Shown here piece by piece: positions 37,580-50,254 of a DNA stretch of 64,000 nt. Positions within the stretch are counted from its first letter, which is position 1, and every line of letters starts with the position of its first letter. The notes beneath the pieces were generated by a model that saw only the letters and a program-made list of their open reading frames with translations, searched no databases and had not been told where the DNA came from. Source of the stretch: Callorhinchus milii (taxonomy: Eukaryota); assembly GCF_018977255.1 (NCBI RefSeq), contig NW_024704742.1, positions 64,234,001-64,298,000 of the forward strand. The letters are read 5' to 3'. The position numbers and the translations under genes are program-made.

Positions 37580-37870
37580 GACAAACCTTCTGCCTTTCTG
37601 CCCCATTCTCTGGTATTCCCTACCGGAGTCCTTTCACTTCGTCCTTTCCTTATTTCCTTCAGGTTTCATCTCAAAACCTTTCTGTTTGACTGCACCTTCG
37701 GTCACCTTCCCCCTTTGCCCCGCACCCCCAACCCCCCTCCAATCCTTTGCTCCAACCTCACAAATCCAACCAAACCATCAGCTTGAGTGCAAACACTCAA
37801 CTGCCCAGCGCCTTGGAAGGTCCTCCTGATATGTGAGGTGCTATATAAATGCAAGTTATTGTTGTCATTA
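37580..37870 (+). mobile_element. Old L2 3' fragment
   Basis: Pyrimidine-rich body ending cagcgccttggaaggtcctcctgatatgtgaggtgctatataaatgcaagttattgttg. Confidence 0.75.
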
Positions 37871-38920
37871 TTGAAGCAAGATATCTCAAAGAGCTTCACA
37901 GGATTTACTGTGAAACGTACCGATTGTTTTTGGAGGCGAACACAGCAGGAAATTTGCTCATAATAATGTTCCACAAACAGCCATCAAGTTAATAAACAAT
38001 TTGTTTTACTTGCAGGACCGTTAGGAGGACACAGAGAGAAACTCTTTTTGTCTTTTAGAATGGAAAAAGTGGTAAAATAGATTATTGGGATTCAGAGATC
38101 TACAAACATACATTTAAATGGTGGAACAGACTCTTTGGGCTGAATGGCCTCCTCCTGTTCTTATGTTCCTAATTTGATCCAAATGCCTAAATAATATAGT
38201 ACCTACCATGAGTGCTTCATGTGGAGACATCTCTCTATAGAAGTTTAGTGTAACATAAACTTTAAATAACACCACAATGTGCTTCAAATGAAAAGAAAAG
38301 TGATATAACTTAAAGTAGGTCAGGGCAGCTTGACAGAGCTTCACAATATTTAAAATTGTGAAGAGCTTAAACACACTGTAAATTGTAGCATCTGTAATAA
38401 TAAAACCACTGTGTGAAAACGCTCTGAAGGAGATTTAGTCAATTGTGTGCTTTGATAAGTCCTATAAACGTGAATAACAACAACAATAACAAGTGCAATG
38501 TAAAAGTAAATTGTATTGTGTTGGTGCAGTTCTCTCACTGCAACTAGTGACTCATATCCCTGCTCTCTGCTCTTTTCACAGTCTTTAACATTTGTGTTGT
38601 TTGTTAGAATGCAGAGTTTGGGATTGAAAGCAAACACAGTGCTCCAAGGCACAGTACAATGGAGTTATGGGAATCATTGGGATTAAATAATCCCCTCCCC
38701 CTCACCCCTTGTTTTACCTCCTTCAAGTCCCATCTAAAGACCGTCCTCTTGGACCATGCCTTCGGTCATGTTGTTCGAACATGTTGCTGAGGCCAGGTCA
38801 TTGGACTCATTTAAAAATTAGCCTGATACAGTAATGCGGGGGTGGGTGGGGATGTTCTAGAGGGATGAGGTCAGATGGTCTGAAGGGTCTTCTTCATCCA
38901 GACCAATCTTGTGACAAAAG

Positions 38921-39050
38921 GCAAAATTATGTAGATGCTAGAAATCTGAAATAAGAACAGAAGTCACTGGGAACACTCAGCAGGTCATGCAGTGTTCATG
39001 GAGAGAGGGATATGAGTCAACATTTCAGGTTGATGATCTTTCATCAGAAC
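38921..39050 (-). mobile_element. Short element with hammerhead-like 5' motif, third copy
   Basis: Reverse complement reads gttCTGATGAaagatcatcaacctGAAAtgttgactc...gacctgctgagtgttcccag...tttcagatttctagcatct. Homologous to 31222 and 47499. Confidence 0.72.
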
Positions 39051-40599
39051 AACATGAAAGGCGCTACATAAATTACATTTTTGATTGTTGCTGTATTGGA
39101 AAACGGCAGCATAACTAGCGCAAGAAGCAGAAAATCTGCCTTGGAACACAAAGTGTAGGGAACCCCCATGTTTCATCCATAAAATATAGTCAATTCACTT
39201 TACAGTATATCCTGTGAAGTGCTTTGAGACTTCTCAATGACGCGATAAGATGCTATATCAAATGTAAGGATTATTATGTAGGTTCACACTGACCCGCAAG
39301 CACTCTCCTCCTTCCTGGGGTGGCTCAGAGCCACGATTGACCTGATCTACATGGGGATTATCTGCAAGAGTCTGAGGAAGCTTTTCACTTAGAAATACAC
39401 AGTAACCGCACTTCACCAAAAATCCTGCAAAGATGCTTTAACAACGTGACAAGAAGCTCTGTGAAAATCAAGGATTATTATTATTTACAGTGCTTATACG
39501 GTTCACGTGTTTTTTCCGTTTGAGTGCTTTTTCAACTCCAAAGAATGGAAGGTTGATAAACCCTCACTCCCACAGCACTCTAGCAGCTTAATCCCTATGT
39601 TAAATATTGGCAATAGATGCCTTTGAGTCACTTCAGCCTCTAGCTGTGTGTTATTTAATGTCTAAACTAAGCTTTCAACTTTCAGCCAGTTTGCCTCCTG
39701 CTCTCTGGAACACCCCAGCCCCCACCCCCACAAGTCCCCCACCTTGCTCCCTTCCTCCCCATCTTGAAAACCTATGCATTTATTTAACTGCACTTTCTAC
39801 CACCTTTCAGACTGGTTTGGACGCTCACAAGATCGCAAACTGGTTTGGATGAAGGAGGCCATTCAGCCGTTTGAGCTCATCGTTCCAGAATACCCACAGT
39901 ACCATCTTCCTGACACAGGAACAAGCTGTTGTTTAAATGACAAACCTGTTTACGCATAATATGTGGTGTATATATGTGGAACCCACAGTCTGATTTGGAT
40001 ACTCTTAAGCATGGTGATGGCTTTCAATACAATTTACAATTATATAATGCCTTTCATATCGGGAGGACGCCTCAAAGTGCTTATACAAATGCCAGAATAA
40101 CAATGCCGCCAAATAAGTTCCTATCTTTTTAAAATGTTGTTTCAATGAGGTTTATTTCAGGCTCTGATAATGTTCTGAGTCACCCATTCATATGGCGTTG
40201 GCTGCCTCCTGGCTTTCTGGAAGTGACATTTTGGAAATCCCTTTAGCAGGTGTAGAGTATTACAGCAAAGTCCAAAAATGAATGCTATGACTGTACTACC
40301 CCATACTTGCCACAAGAGTATGATGTTCCAATTGCTGTTGCTTTTCTATTATGAATATTTATCTGCACGCCTTCATATGACAACAAATATGTTGCAAAAG
40401 TCGCCAATGAACCATTCTCCAGATTGTCATCTCAGCTCCTATGGTGATTTGTTATCACCAGTACTGTACGATCAGCTCACCTTCTCCTAAATTCCTTTTT
40501 AATCCCCTGTAATAACAGCAAAATAATCAGACTTGCATTTGCTGCAGCACCTATAATCTCAAAAAAAAGTTTCAAAGTGCTTCTCAGATAATTAGAGCC

Positions 40600-41200
40600 A
40601 GGGAAATGTATGGAGGTTATTTCACTCATTATTTTGTGTTGGTATTTGCTGCTCCAAGAAGCCATCCACCCTAATCCCGATTCCTTCCCTATCCCCAAAC
40701 TCTCTAATACCTTTCCTCCATGAGTGCTTGCCCAATACTTTTTGAATGACTCCCCGCCACCCCCCCACCCCACACATACACACACACCAACTCTGCCTAA
40801 TAGCCACTCCTGGCAAATCATTCCATATCCTGTAGGAAAAATGTTTTTTCTAAAACTGACCTTTCATTCCCCTGATCATAATCTCCAATTCATGCCCTCT
40901 CATCCTTGAATCCTGTATCAGTCAGAAGGTGTATCTCATGATTAATTCACTTAAACCCTGTCATTGCATTAAACACCTCCTTACTATTCATCCCTCAACC
41001 TTACCTGCTCCAATGGAAAGAATCTCCATCTCTCTAACCTCTGCTCTTAACTACATTCTTCTATCTCCTTATCATTCATCAACTCTGTCTCCTATCCAAA
41101 GCTCCAATATTCTTTCTATAATGTGGAGCCCAAAGCCATACACAGTATTCAAGCTGTGGCCTTACCAATGCCTTATACATATTCATTATTGCTTCCTTAC
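40600..41200 (-). mobile_element. Old CR1-type LINE fragment
   Basis: MYKALVRPQLEYCVWLWAPHYRKNIGALDR in ORF 41079-41339, followed by a degenerate CR1 3' region. Confidence 0.82.
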
Positions 41201-41223
41201 TTTTGCATTCTTTTGTTCTTTTG

Positions 41224-42228
41224 TTCCACATGTATGCGGATGACACCCAACTGTACTTTTCCGCTTCTACCTTCAACTCCACGACCACCGATGTCCTGAC
41301 AGCCTGCCTGTCCGACATCGAGTCCTGGCCAAGAGACAACTTTCTTCAGCTCAACTTGCGCAAAACTGAGACACTCCTAATTGGCTCACATCAGCTTCTC
41401 CGCACCTCAGGCGCTGACAGCATCAGCATCCAAGGCTGCACTCTCCACCTCTCAAAGCCGGTCAGGAACCTCGGGGTTCTGTTCGACCCTGAGCTGTCCT
41501 TTGTTCCTCATATCCGCACCACAACTGGCACCGCCTTCCATCATCTCCGGAATATCGCCAGACTACGGCACTACCTCACCCCTCACGCTGCTGAAACTCT
41601 GGTCCACCCTTTATCACCTCAAGGCTGGACTACGGGAACTCTCTCCTCATCGGCCTTCCCGGCACCTCCCTCCACAAGCTGCAGGTCATTCAGAACTCTG
41701 CAGCTCGTGTACTGTCCCGCACCAGGCTTCGGGACCACATCACTCCCACCCTCGCTCGCCTCCACTGGCTCCCCATCCCCCAGAGGATCGAATTCAAGAT
41801 CCTCATCCTCACCTACAAGCCCATTCACAGCCTTGCTCCCTCCTACCACTCCGACCTACTATCCCCCTACTTACCTGCCCACACCCTCCATTCCTCTGCC
41901 TCCGGTCTGCTCCACAACGCCCGCCCTAACCGCCCTACCATCGGTGGCCAGGCTTTCAGCCTCTCAGCCCCTAGGCTCTGAACTCCATCCCCCAGTGCCT
42001 TCGCCGCTTCCTCCCTTTCTTCCTTCAAGGCCGGTCTCAAGACCTTTCTCTTCAACCGTGCCTTCAGCTCTCCTCTCGACTCTCTACCCCCTCCTCGCTC
42101 CCTCCCTTCCCTCCCCTCACCCTGACCATTTCCCCCCTGCTCGGGTCCCGACCCAACTGTCCAACGCCTTGGGACGTCCTCCCGACGTGAAAGGCGCTCT
42201 ATAAATGCAATCTTGTTGTTGTTGTTAT
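41224..42228 (+). mobile_element. L2-clade LINE, subfamily 2, 5'-truncated
   Basis: [38 protein letters not shown]; 3' UTR nearly identical to that of the 23079 copy; stem-loop and (TTG)n. Confidence 0.95.
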
Positions 42229-44254
42229 TCTGTATCTGAAACTCAGAATCTTCTTTTCCCTTTTATTGGTCTTCGCAACTTTGCTACTAATCCCACTTTT
42301 AACAAATTCTGGATTTGTTCTCCTCTGTTCCACCGCTCCATTGGGAATTCCACCACGCAGGACATAATTCTGCTCACTAGATTTTCTCCAAGCTTTATAT
42401 TTTTCTAAATCTGACGCTCTGTGAACCCGTCAATATCTGCCTTTATTTTCCTGTATTCTTGGTCACTATGAATAAGAACACCTCAAGTGCAGTGATTGCC
42501 TTACTTGAAGGAAGGGATGGCAATCAATGTGCTCACAGTAATGTCCCACAAACAGATGTGAAGTCAATGATCAATTTATCTGGAGGATTTGTGGCCAGAA
42601 CACTGGGAGAACCTCCTTTATCTTTTCAGACAGCGCCATGGGATCTTTAAAGTCTTACTAAAGAGGCAAACTGGGACCTTGCTTTGACGTCTCACCCAAA
42701 GGACAAGATTTCCGACCATGCAATTCTCAAAGTCCACACAATGTGCTGATTGCAATTGACACATTGATTGAGGTTTGCATCATCGTCAACTCACAGAAAT
42801 AGAGAGAAGATGCCTGTGATAGAGAAGATTATTGCTCTTGTTGAACAGTTGGTGAGAAAACGTTACTCATTATGCAGAACATTTTTCTGTAAAGCAGTGA
42901 GAGGTAGAGGTGATTGCGAAATGTTGCCATCTGTCATTCATGCTGCTCTCCATAAACCCATTCTCTAAAGTAATTCTTGTAATAAAAGGAGTTTAAAGGA
43001 TCCTCTCGCGTCTCCTGCTAATGCTGATTTAGATCTGATCTAAAGCTACATGAGAAGCTATGTGCTTATCATAATCATTAGGACAAGTTTCATTACGAAG
43101 CTAAGTGCTGAAATGGACACTAATGTACTGCTGTTCTGTCATTCACTAGATATCTGGTAATTATATGCTAATTATATGCCAAAATACAAGTTGTCTGGTG
43201 CAGAATCATGGTGGAAAACAAATCTTAAGGGAAAAGAAGCAAAATCAGGCAATTAATTTATCTTGTTGACAAGGCTAGCTGGGAACACAAAGAGTCATGT
43301 ACAAAGGTGTGGTGAAATGCCTGAAAATTAACAGCTAATTTAGCTCAGTCACTGATGATTTTTCTGTGCTGTTCTGAAACACGATGTTGATCACAGCATG
43401 GCCCGGTGTGGGCGAAATGTCACGATGGAGATGTGTGGATCATGATCTTGATCACTTCAAGATCATGAGTGGAGGTTAGAATGAGAAATATCCTTTCACC
43501 GATTTAATCTCCTCCTTCCAGAATCCCCATTCAACCTTCTTCCCATGATAACATCATGCTGTTTCCGAAATGAATCCAAGGTAAGAATTTCCACTTTGCT
43601 CTTTGTCATGGGCACAATACAGCAATACAGCCCCTGCCTGAGTAGCAGGGAGTTTAAGTGTGCTGCGGGTTGGTAGCTCACCACACCCTATCCAAATCAC
43701 CCCCATCCTCGCTCATCTGCACTGGGTCCCCATCCCCAGTAAATTCAATTCAAAATCCTTATCCTCACTTTGAAATCACTCCATGATTTTTTCTGTGACC
43801 TTTTGCGGTCTTACTGGGCTTCTCCCTCTGCTCAGTGAACACCAGCCTGCTTCATGTTTCGCCCTCAAAATATACAGTCAATTCATTTTACGGTATATTC
43901 TGTGAAGCGCTTTGAGATGGTTCAACGATGTGATAAGACACTATATCAAATGCAAATGGAAGGAATATTATTGTTATTATGTCCCTTTCCCAATTTGTCC
44001 CATTATTGGTGGGTAAGCTTTCAGCCATTCTGCCGCCGCATCTCAGAGTCTCTCCACCTCACCTATATCCCCATCCTTAAAGTCCATCTTTTCTTTTCAA
44101 TCGTGCTTTTAGTCACCTCTCTCCCACTGCCTTCCTCAACTCCCCCCACCCACCACCTCTGTTAAGCTCTTGGAGGTGGCCATCCGACACTAAAAAGAAG
44201 CTATATAAATTTAAAATGGTTGATGTTGTTGTTGTGCTCCCAGTAAAAAGCATT

Positions 44255-44332
44255 AACAACAACAACAACAACAAGATTCCATTTATTGAGCGCCTTTCAC
44301 GTCGGGAGGACGTCCCAAGGCGCTGTACAGTT
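44255..44332 (-). mobile_element. L2 tail-only insertion
   Basis: (AAC)n + gcgcctttcacgtcgggaggacgtcccaaggcgctgtacagtt. Confidence 0.88.
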
Positions 44333-45328
44333 AAAGAGGATGACCAGCAATATAGCACCGCATGCACTTCAGATTTTTTAACGCAAGCACACTTTGCTTA
44401 GCTAGTTATAAATAACCAGACCAGTAAGCGTTTCACACAGAAAGTAACGTGTTCTTTAAAGCAGAATCAATTTTATATTTTCACCTCATTGCTGAAAGCT
44501 CTAAAGTGTATATAATTTGATACGCAATGACCCTTGTCTCACATAGTATCTCCTGAGCTAAACATTTACCTGCTGATTTTTGTCCTGCTTGTAACTCTAC
44601 CCATTATTAGCTGTCCCCATACTTCAATGTTTGAACCTTCACTTGGTTCGTTATTCAAATCCCATAATAATCCTTACATTTCGTACTGCGCCTTTCACGT
44701 CCAGAGGATGCCTCCAAGAACTTTGCAGTTTATATTGTAAAGTGTAGTGACTGTGTGTATTCTGAAGGCGAAAGCCGCAGGCAATTTGCACACAGCAACA
44801 TCCATCGAACAGCCATAAAGTGAATAATCAATTTTATCTTCAATCCAAGGGATCAAAAACCAAACAAGGATGACTCACAGAAGCCTGAAAGCTGTGCACC
44901 TGAGTTGAAGCATTGAACATTTCCCTCAAAAACATCAATTTAAAGAATGATTCTGTGCTATTGGAGCCTTGATCTGAATGCTTCACCCTGCACACCTTAA
45001 AAAGGTGCTCTGAATAGCATCTACAATGTCTTGCTGAGATCCACTCTTGTACATTAATTCTTGATCTTACATAGAACAAGTTACAGTGCTAAATAGATGT
45101 ACATGTACATATTGTACACATGGATATATCAAATTCCACCTTGGTACACACCTTGTATTTACATAGCACTCTTCACAAAAGATAATGTCTTGGAGTGCTT
45201 CACAAAGAAGCATGAGAGTGGAGCAAGAGAGAGGTAACCATAGGCACGATCAAAGAGGCAGGTTTTATCAACAGTGCCAACAACTTGCATTTGCATAGCA
45301 TCCTTCATGCAGGCTCGCATCTCAGAAA

Positions 45329-45710
45329 TTTTTTGGGGCCAGCCGAGTGTCTGACACATGCGGAAACCCATCCCCATGCTTATGAGTATCCAAACCAAGC
45401 TGAGAATTCGATGCATCCCACTTACACATGGAAATCCCAGAGATAGATTTTTGAAAAGGAATGTGCACTCTCTCCCTGGTGGGATGCATCCTGCTTACCT
45501 AATTCTAGAACCTATTAGGCTCAGGTTAGCAAGAGCTAGAGCTTGGGGACCCAGACTGTATGTTGGGGTATTGCTGGAGTCTAACCAACTAAAACTCCAT
45601 AGCATACCATTCATAGAACTACCTGGGAACCTCTCCAACTGCTTGTCCAGCTGAAACCGCCCTACCCATTACGGCTTTAGCTTGCGGAGTTAACACAAGC
45701 TGAGTGGGAG
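45329..45710 (-). mobile_element. Family X repeat, long copy
   Basis: Colinear with 54365-54710 and with the reverse complement of 36941-37231; T-run at the left end is the A tail. Confidence 0.85.
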
Positions 45711-45885
45711 GATTCCCAGCACCCAGTCGTATGACCTAAAAACAAAGAGAAGGTGAGGCAGCTAGGTAGAGAAAAGGAGTTTAGGACTTAGTAGCTGAAG
45801 GCTTGACAGTGGCATGGAGAAAGCAGTGGATGTGCATCAAGTCTGAGTTAACTGAGCAAGTAGAGGAGTGGGGTAGGTATATAAT

Positions 45886-46062
45886 AACAATAAGAATCCT
45901 TGCATTTGATATAGTGTGTTTCATGTCTTTGAGATGTCTCAAAGTGCTTCACAGAATATACGGTAAACTGAATTGATTGTGTGTTTGTAGGCAAAATGTG
46001 GCAGTCAATTGTGCACAGCAGTGACCCACAAACAGTTGTGGATTGACTGACCAAATTATTAT
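45886..46062 (-). mobile_element. SINE 3' half (B-like)
   Basis: aatccttgcatttgatatag..gcttcacagaatata..caaacagttgtggattga. Confidence 0.8.
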
Positions 46063-47498
46063 TGTATAGTATATGTATGGAATAGTTCTATAATCCACCT
46101 CATAGTCAAATATTATTTAAATTTACAGGAATATACACTAAGCACCAGGTGAAGATACCAGTATGGCTTCACTGTGAGAAACAATGTATAAAGGTTTTAT
46201 ATGAAGAAAATGTGATTGAGGTAATTGCTTCCAAAATGTAAACAGCAGAACAAATCACATGTACGATTAATGAGTGGAATCCAAGGGACTGAATAGTGCT
46301 GTTCGATAACAATTAAAATAAAGATTGATGAGTGCTTTGGAATGATTGCAAGACTTGTTTGTGTGGTATAAACCCTGAGAGTGGTTTAGAATTGCTAACT
46401 GAACATTAAATATAACAGCCTCAGCAACTTGTACCAAAACTAACTAAACGGTCAGGAATTATGTGAACAGAATGAGTCCCCCCAGAGAGAAAGTGTGCAC
46501 GACATACATTTCATGAGGAAATTTCCATCTGTATTGTACGTAGAACTCTTGGTATCTTGGTTTGGACACTCAGAACAATAATAACAACAACATTTTTATA
46601 GTACCTTCACAAGTAGAGTCTCGGAAGGCTAGAAGCCTAGCAATAGCTTTCCTTGTGTTTCAGATACCTAGCTGACCAAAACAAATGGTGTTATAAAAAA
46701 GCTCTGAGACACCCTCCCAAAATCTTCAATAATTATATATTCTGATTATATTGTGATAATATATGATAAGTTGATGGACAGGTGAATGATCCTGTTCCAG
46801 TCACCCCTTTTATTTTCTATGCTTGTCTGTTGTTTAAATATATTGAGTAGTGCATTAAATACTTTTTTATGTATTTAAAGTTTTTGATACTTATGGTGCC
46901 ATCAAGTCTGACTCTAGTGTCGATTGCACCAATTTGGTGGGTAACTGACTATCTATAATTTGCGTAAGTGGATAGGAAGGTGCACTGTTTCCCTATTTGG
47001 GCCACTTAAAAGGATGATTTTGATTGGGCTATAAAAAAGGCACCAAATACATCAAGTAATTGATGCAATACAATTACCATTGAGTATCCTAGTTCAGGGA
47101 GCGGCTCAATGCCCATAAAAGAATGGTCACTATTTTTCTACCTGACAACAAAGTGCTCTGACTATTGATGAGTAATAGTCAGAGGTTGGTTCTTCCTGCA
47201 CTTTAAATTAACTTCATTACATTATGTGTGTAGTTTAAGTGTGATTAATGTTTGTTATCTCATAGTTGTGTTTGTTGATGTTTATTGTGTCATTTAAGAT
47301 TTAATGTTGAGGGTTGTGGATTTCATTGAAGCTACAATAAATTTCTGTTGAGCTAACTTAACTGTGCTTAACTCACTCATAAATAAATCAAAGGAGAGAA
47401 TACACAAATAGGTTCAGCCTAGGTCACAGAGGTGTAAAATAAACCTCTGATTGACTGAAGCTTCCCAATTTGCTTCAATTTAAATAGCAATTGGCAGT

Positions 47499-47956
47499 TC
47501 TGACTAAGGGTTGGGGACCCGAAACATTGACTCACTTTCCTTTCTCCATAGATGCTGCCTGACCTGCTGAGTGTTCTCAGCAACTTCTGTTTTTGTTTCA
47601 GATAATAATAATAATCCTTGCATTTGATATAGCGCTTTTCACGTCAGGAGGACGTCCCAAAGCGCTTCACAGAACATACTGTAAAGTGAATTGACTATAT
47701 ATTTGTGGGCGAACGCGGCAGCCAATTGCGCACAGCAATGTCCCACAAATAGTCGTAGATTGAAAATGACCAATTTATTATTGCTTTGTTTTTTTTTTGG
47801 AGGGATTATTATTAAGCGTATGGAGTAAGGAAACTTGCCCAAGGTTTTGCGCTGCCTGGAATTGAACTCAGGTCTATCACTTGCAAAGCGAGTGCTCTAA
47901 CCACTGAGCTACAGGACTGCAGATTTCCAGCATCTGCAGTATTTTGCATTTTGTTT
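47499..47956 (+). mobile_element. Short hammerhead-like element with 14-bp TSD, split by a nested SINE
   Basis: tCTGACTAagggttggggacccGAAAcattgactc..gatgctgcctgacctgctgagtg..tttcagat|SINE|cagatttccagcatctgcagtattttgc. Flanks are tagcaattggcagt (47485-47498) and tagcaattggtagt (47957-47970). Confidence 0.78.
47604..47918 (-). mobile_element. Young SINE subfamily A (nested)
   Basis: Near-identical to 7235-7562; cagat is repeated on both sides (47599-47603 and 47920-47924). Confidence 0.93.
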
Positions 47957-47970
47957 TAGCAATTGGTAGT

Positions 47971-48296
47971 AATAATAATAATAATAATAATCCTTGCATT
48001 TGATATAGCGCTTTTCACGTCGGGAGGACGTCCCAAAGCGCTTCACAGAACACACTGTAAAGTGAATTGACTGTATATTTGTGGGCGAACGCGGCAGCCA
48101 ATTGCGCACAGCAATGTCCCACAAACAGTCGTAGATTGAAAATGACCAATTTATTATTGTTTTTGGTTTTTGGAGGGATTATTATTAGGCTCTGTGTGGA
48201 GTAAGGAAACTTGCCCAAGGTTTCGCCCTGCCTGGAATTGAACTCAGGTCTCTCGCTTGCAAAGCGAATGCTCTAACCACTGAGCTACAGGACTCC
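47971..48296 (-). mobile_element. Young SINE subfamily A, full length
   Basis: Complete head to (TTA)n tail; shares the variant ctccacacagagcc with the copy at 58567. Confidence 0.95.
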
Positions 48297-48617
48297 AAGT
48301 CATCATGGAAGAATGATGACCTGTCATCATGGAAGAACACATTAGTCAAGTTGCACCTAATTAGAGCGACTTTCACTCATTAGTGAGGATTGAACACACA
48401 CTCTGCGAGGAAGAGTGAGCCATATTGTGGATGTACATATAGGGGTGATAGAACCGTCTCAATCCAATGGAAACACATACTCATTCTAGTCATTAAAAGC
48501 AAAGGCAACGATAAAAAGTTGTGTGTGTTAAAAGGTGCAGTTTTCACAACAAAATCGCAGCTCATGGTTTTCTTACAGCCTTAATACATAATAATTATTA
48601 GAATTATAAAAATATGA

Positions 48618-48995
48618 TCAATAATAATAATTTAATATAGCACCTTTCATGTCAGGAGGACATCTTAAAGCGCTTCAGATGATATATTGTAAGGTATAGG
48701 GGAATAAGTGCACAGCAGCTCTTTTGCCTACAGCAATGTTCCACAAACAGCCATGGAGTGAATGACCAATTTTATTCAGAGGATCATTGACCAGGACACT
48801 CCCGTCGCATTTGAAATTGTGGCATGGGATCTTTAACGTCCACTTAAACAAGAGATGGGATTTCAGTTTAATAGCACCTCTGGCAATGCAGCAACTCCCA
48901 GGACTGCAGTGGAGCATCAGCTTAGACAATATGAGTTCTTAGTCCTGATGTGGGACTTGAACCCAAAACCTTCTGACTTAGAGGCGAGAGTGCCA
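48618..48995 (-). mobile_element. Old Deu-type SINE
   Basis: Tail, caaacagccatggagtgaatgaccaatttt, ggcatgggatctttaacgtccac, head ccttctgacttagaggcgagagtgc. Confidence 0.75.
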
Positions 48996-49024
48996 GAATA
49001 ATCAGGACTTTGAACTAAAAAAAA

Positions 49025-49345
49025 CCTCATCATCTAGGCTGACACTCCAGGGCAATGTTGTGTTAGAATGCTGCATTGTTGGGAGGTGACAACCTTCGGA
49101 TGAGACATCAAACCAAGGTCCTGTATTTATCTGTTCAGTGGATGTCAAAGATCCTATAGCACTATTCAAAAAGAGAAGGGAGCTTCTCCCAGTGTATTGG
49201 CCAACAATTCCCCAGATAAAATTGATTATTCATTTCATAAGTTTTTCTGCAACATTGTTGTGTGCAAATTAGCAGCTGCATTTACCTTCATAATATAGTC
49301 ACTATAGTTTACATTGAATCCTAGGAAGCTCTTGGAGTTGTCTGG
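49025..49345 (+). mobile_element. Old Deu-type SINE, opposite orientation to its neighbour
   Basis: ccttcggatgagacatcaaaccaaggtcc..aaagatcctatagcactattcaaaaagagaaggg..cccagataaaattga. Confidence 0.75.
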
Positions 49346-50028
49346 ACAACAACAACTTGAATTTATATCGCGACCTTCTCACAGGTTAGTGTCTCTGAGC
49401 ACTGACTAATGGCGGAATTTGACGATTCAGGGAGAAAGGGGAGGTGACATTGGTACAGTCTGAAGATTAAAGTCTTGATAATGTAATAAAGCACAATATC
49501 AAATGCAATTATTATTAATATTATGTTATCGCCACCTTGCATGCAAGTAGTTGTTTTACATTTATACAGCACAGCAATTGAAGTTTGAGTTGCTGCCATG
49601 GTGTTATTAGATCAGATTTAGCTCATGTTCATGGTAATGTGGAGCTTTCCCTGCAGCACCCTGATAGGGCAGTTCAGGGACAAACTGCTAACTCACAGAG
49701 ACAGTTTCTCTCTCGCGGCTCATTATCCTTCATTTCTCAGTGCCAAAACTGACAAATTAAGAACTCTTCAGCGCTGCACTCATTTTTCCAATATGGCAGG
49801 TGTAATATACAAGTTGTGTTAGCCATATGCAAACCCTGTACGCAATAATTAATATTATTTTTGTGTTAGTTCAATAACTCACATTTCTGCCTTTCACCTC
49901 GGACTGACATTGAGGCACTAGTTTTAAGGTTCTCAATACCTCTTCCTATGTGGCATTTGTTCAAATTATTTCTTTAAATAAAGTGACTGGAAGAAATAAA
50001 AGAATGTACTGGAGTGACTGGAATATGT

Positions 50029-50254
50029 GGATTCCTATAGTGTATTGGTTAGAGCCCTCGCATTGTAAACGAGAGGTCCTGGGTTCTATTCCCAGCCGAA
50101 ACCTTAGGGAAGTTTCCTTACTCTGTTTATCTAGCACCAACTGGCTGCCGCATTTCACCACAAAATATACAGTCAATTCACTTTGCAGTATATTCTGTGA
50201 AGGGCTTGCAATTTTTCAATGACGTGATAAGGTGCTATATCAAGGACTATTATC
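50029..50254 (+). mobile_element. Internally deleted SINE (B-like)
   Basis: Head gtgtattggttagagccctcgc..gggttctattcc, then jumps to the tail caaaatatacagtcaattcac. Confidence 0.78.

Noticed and set aside
41203..42204. Longest ORF (333 aa) with a YADD motif as a functional reverse transcriptase gene
   Set aside because: It is a 5'-truncated L2 lacking the N-terminal RT motifs and endonuclease, and it shifts out of frame after AETLVH into low-complexity S/P-rich sequence.
47604..48296. Tandem ~320-bp direct repeats as a CRISPR-like or satellite array
   Set aside because: They are two independent SINE insertions with different diagnostic variants. No short repeat-spacer periodicity or cas-like ORF is seen anywhere in the window.
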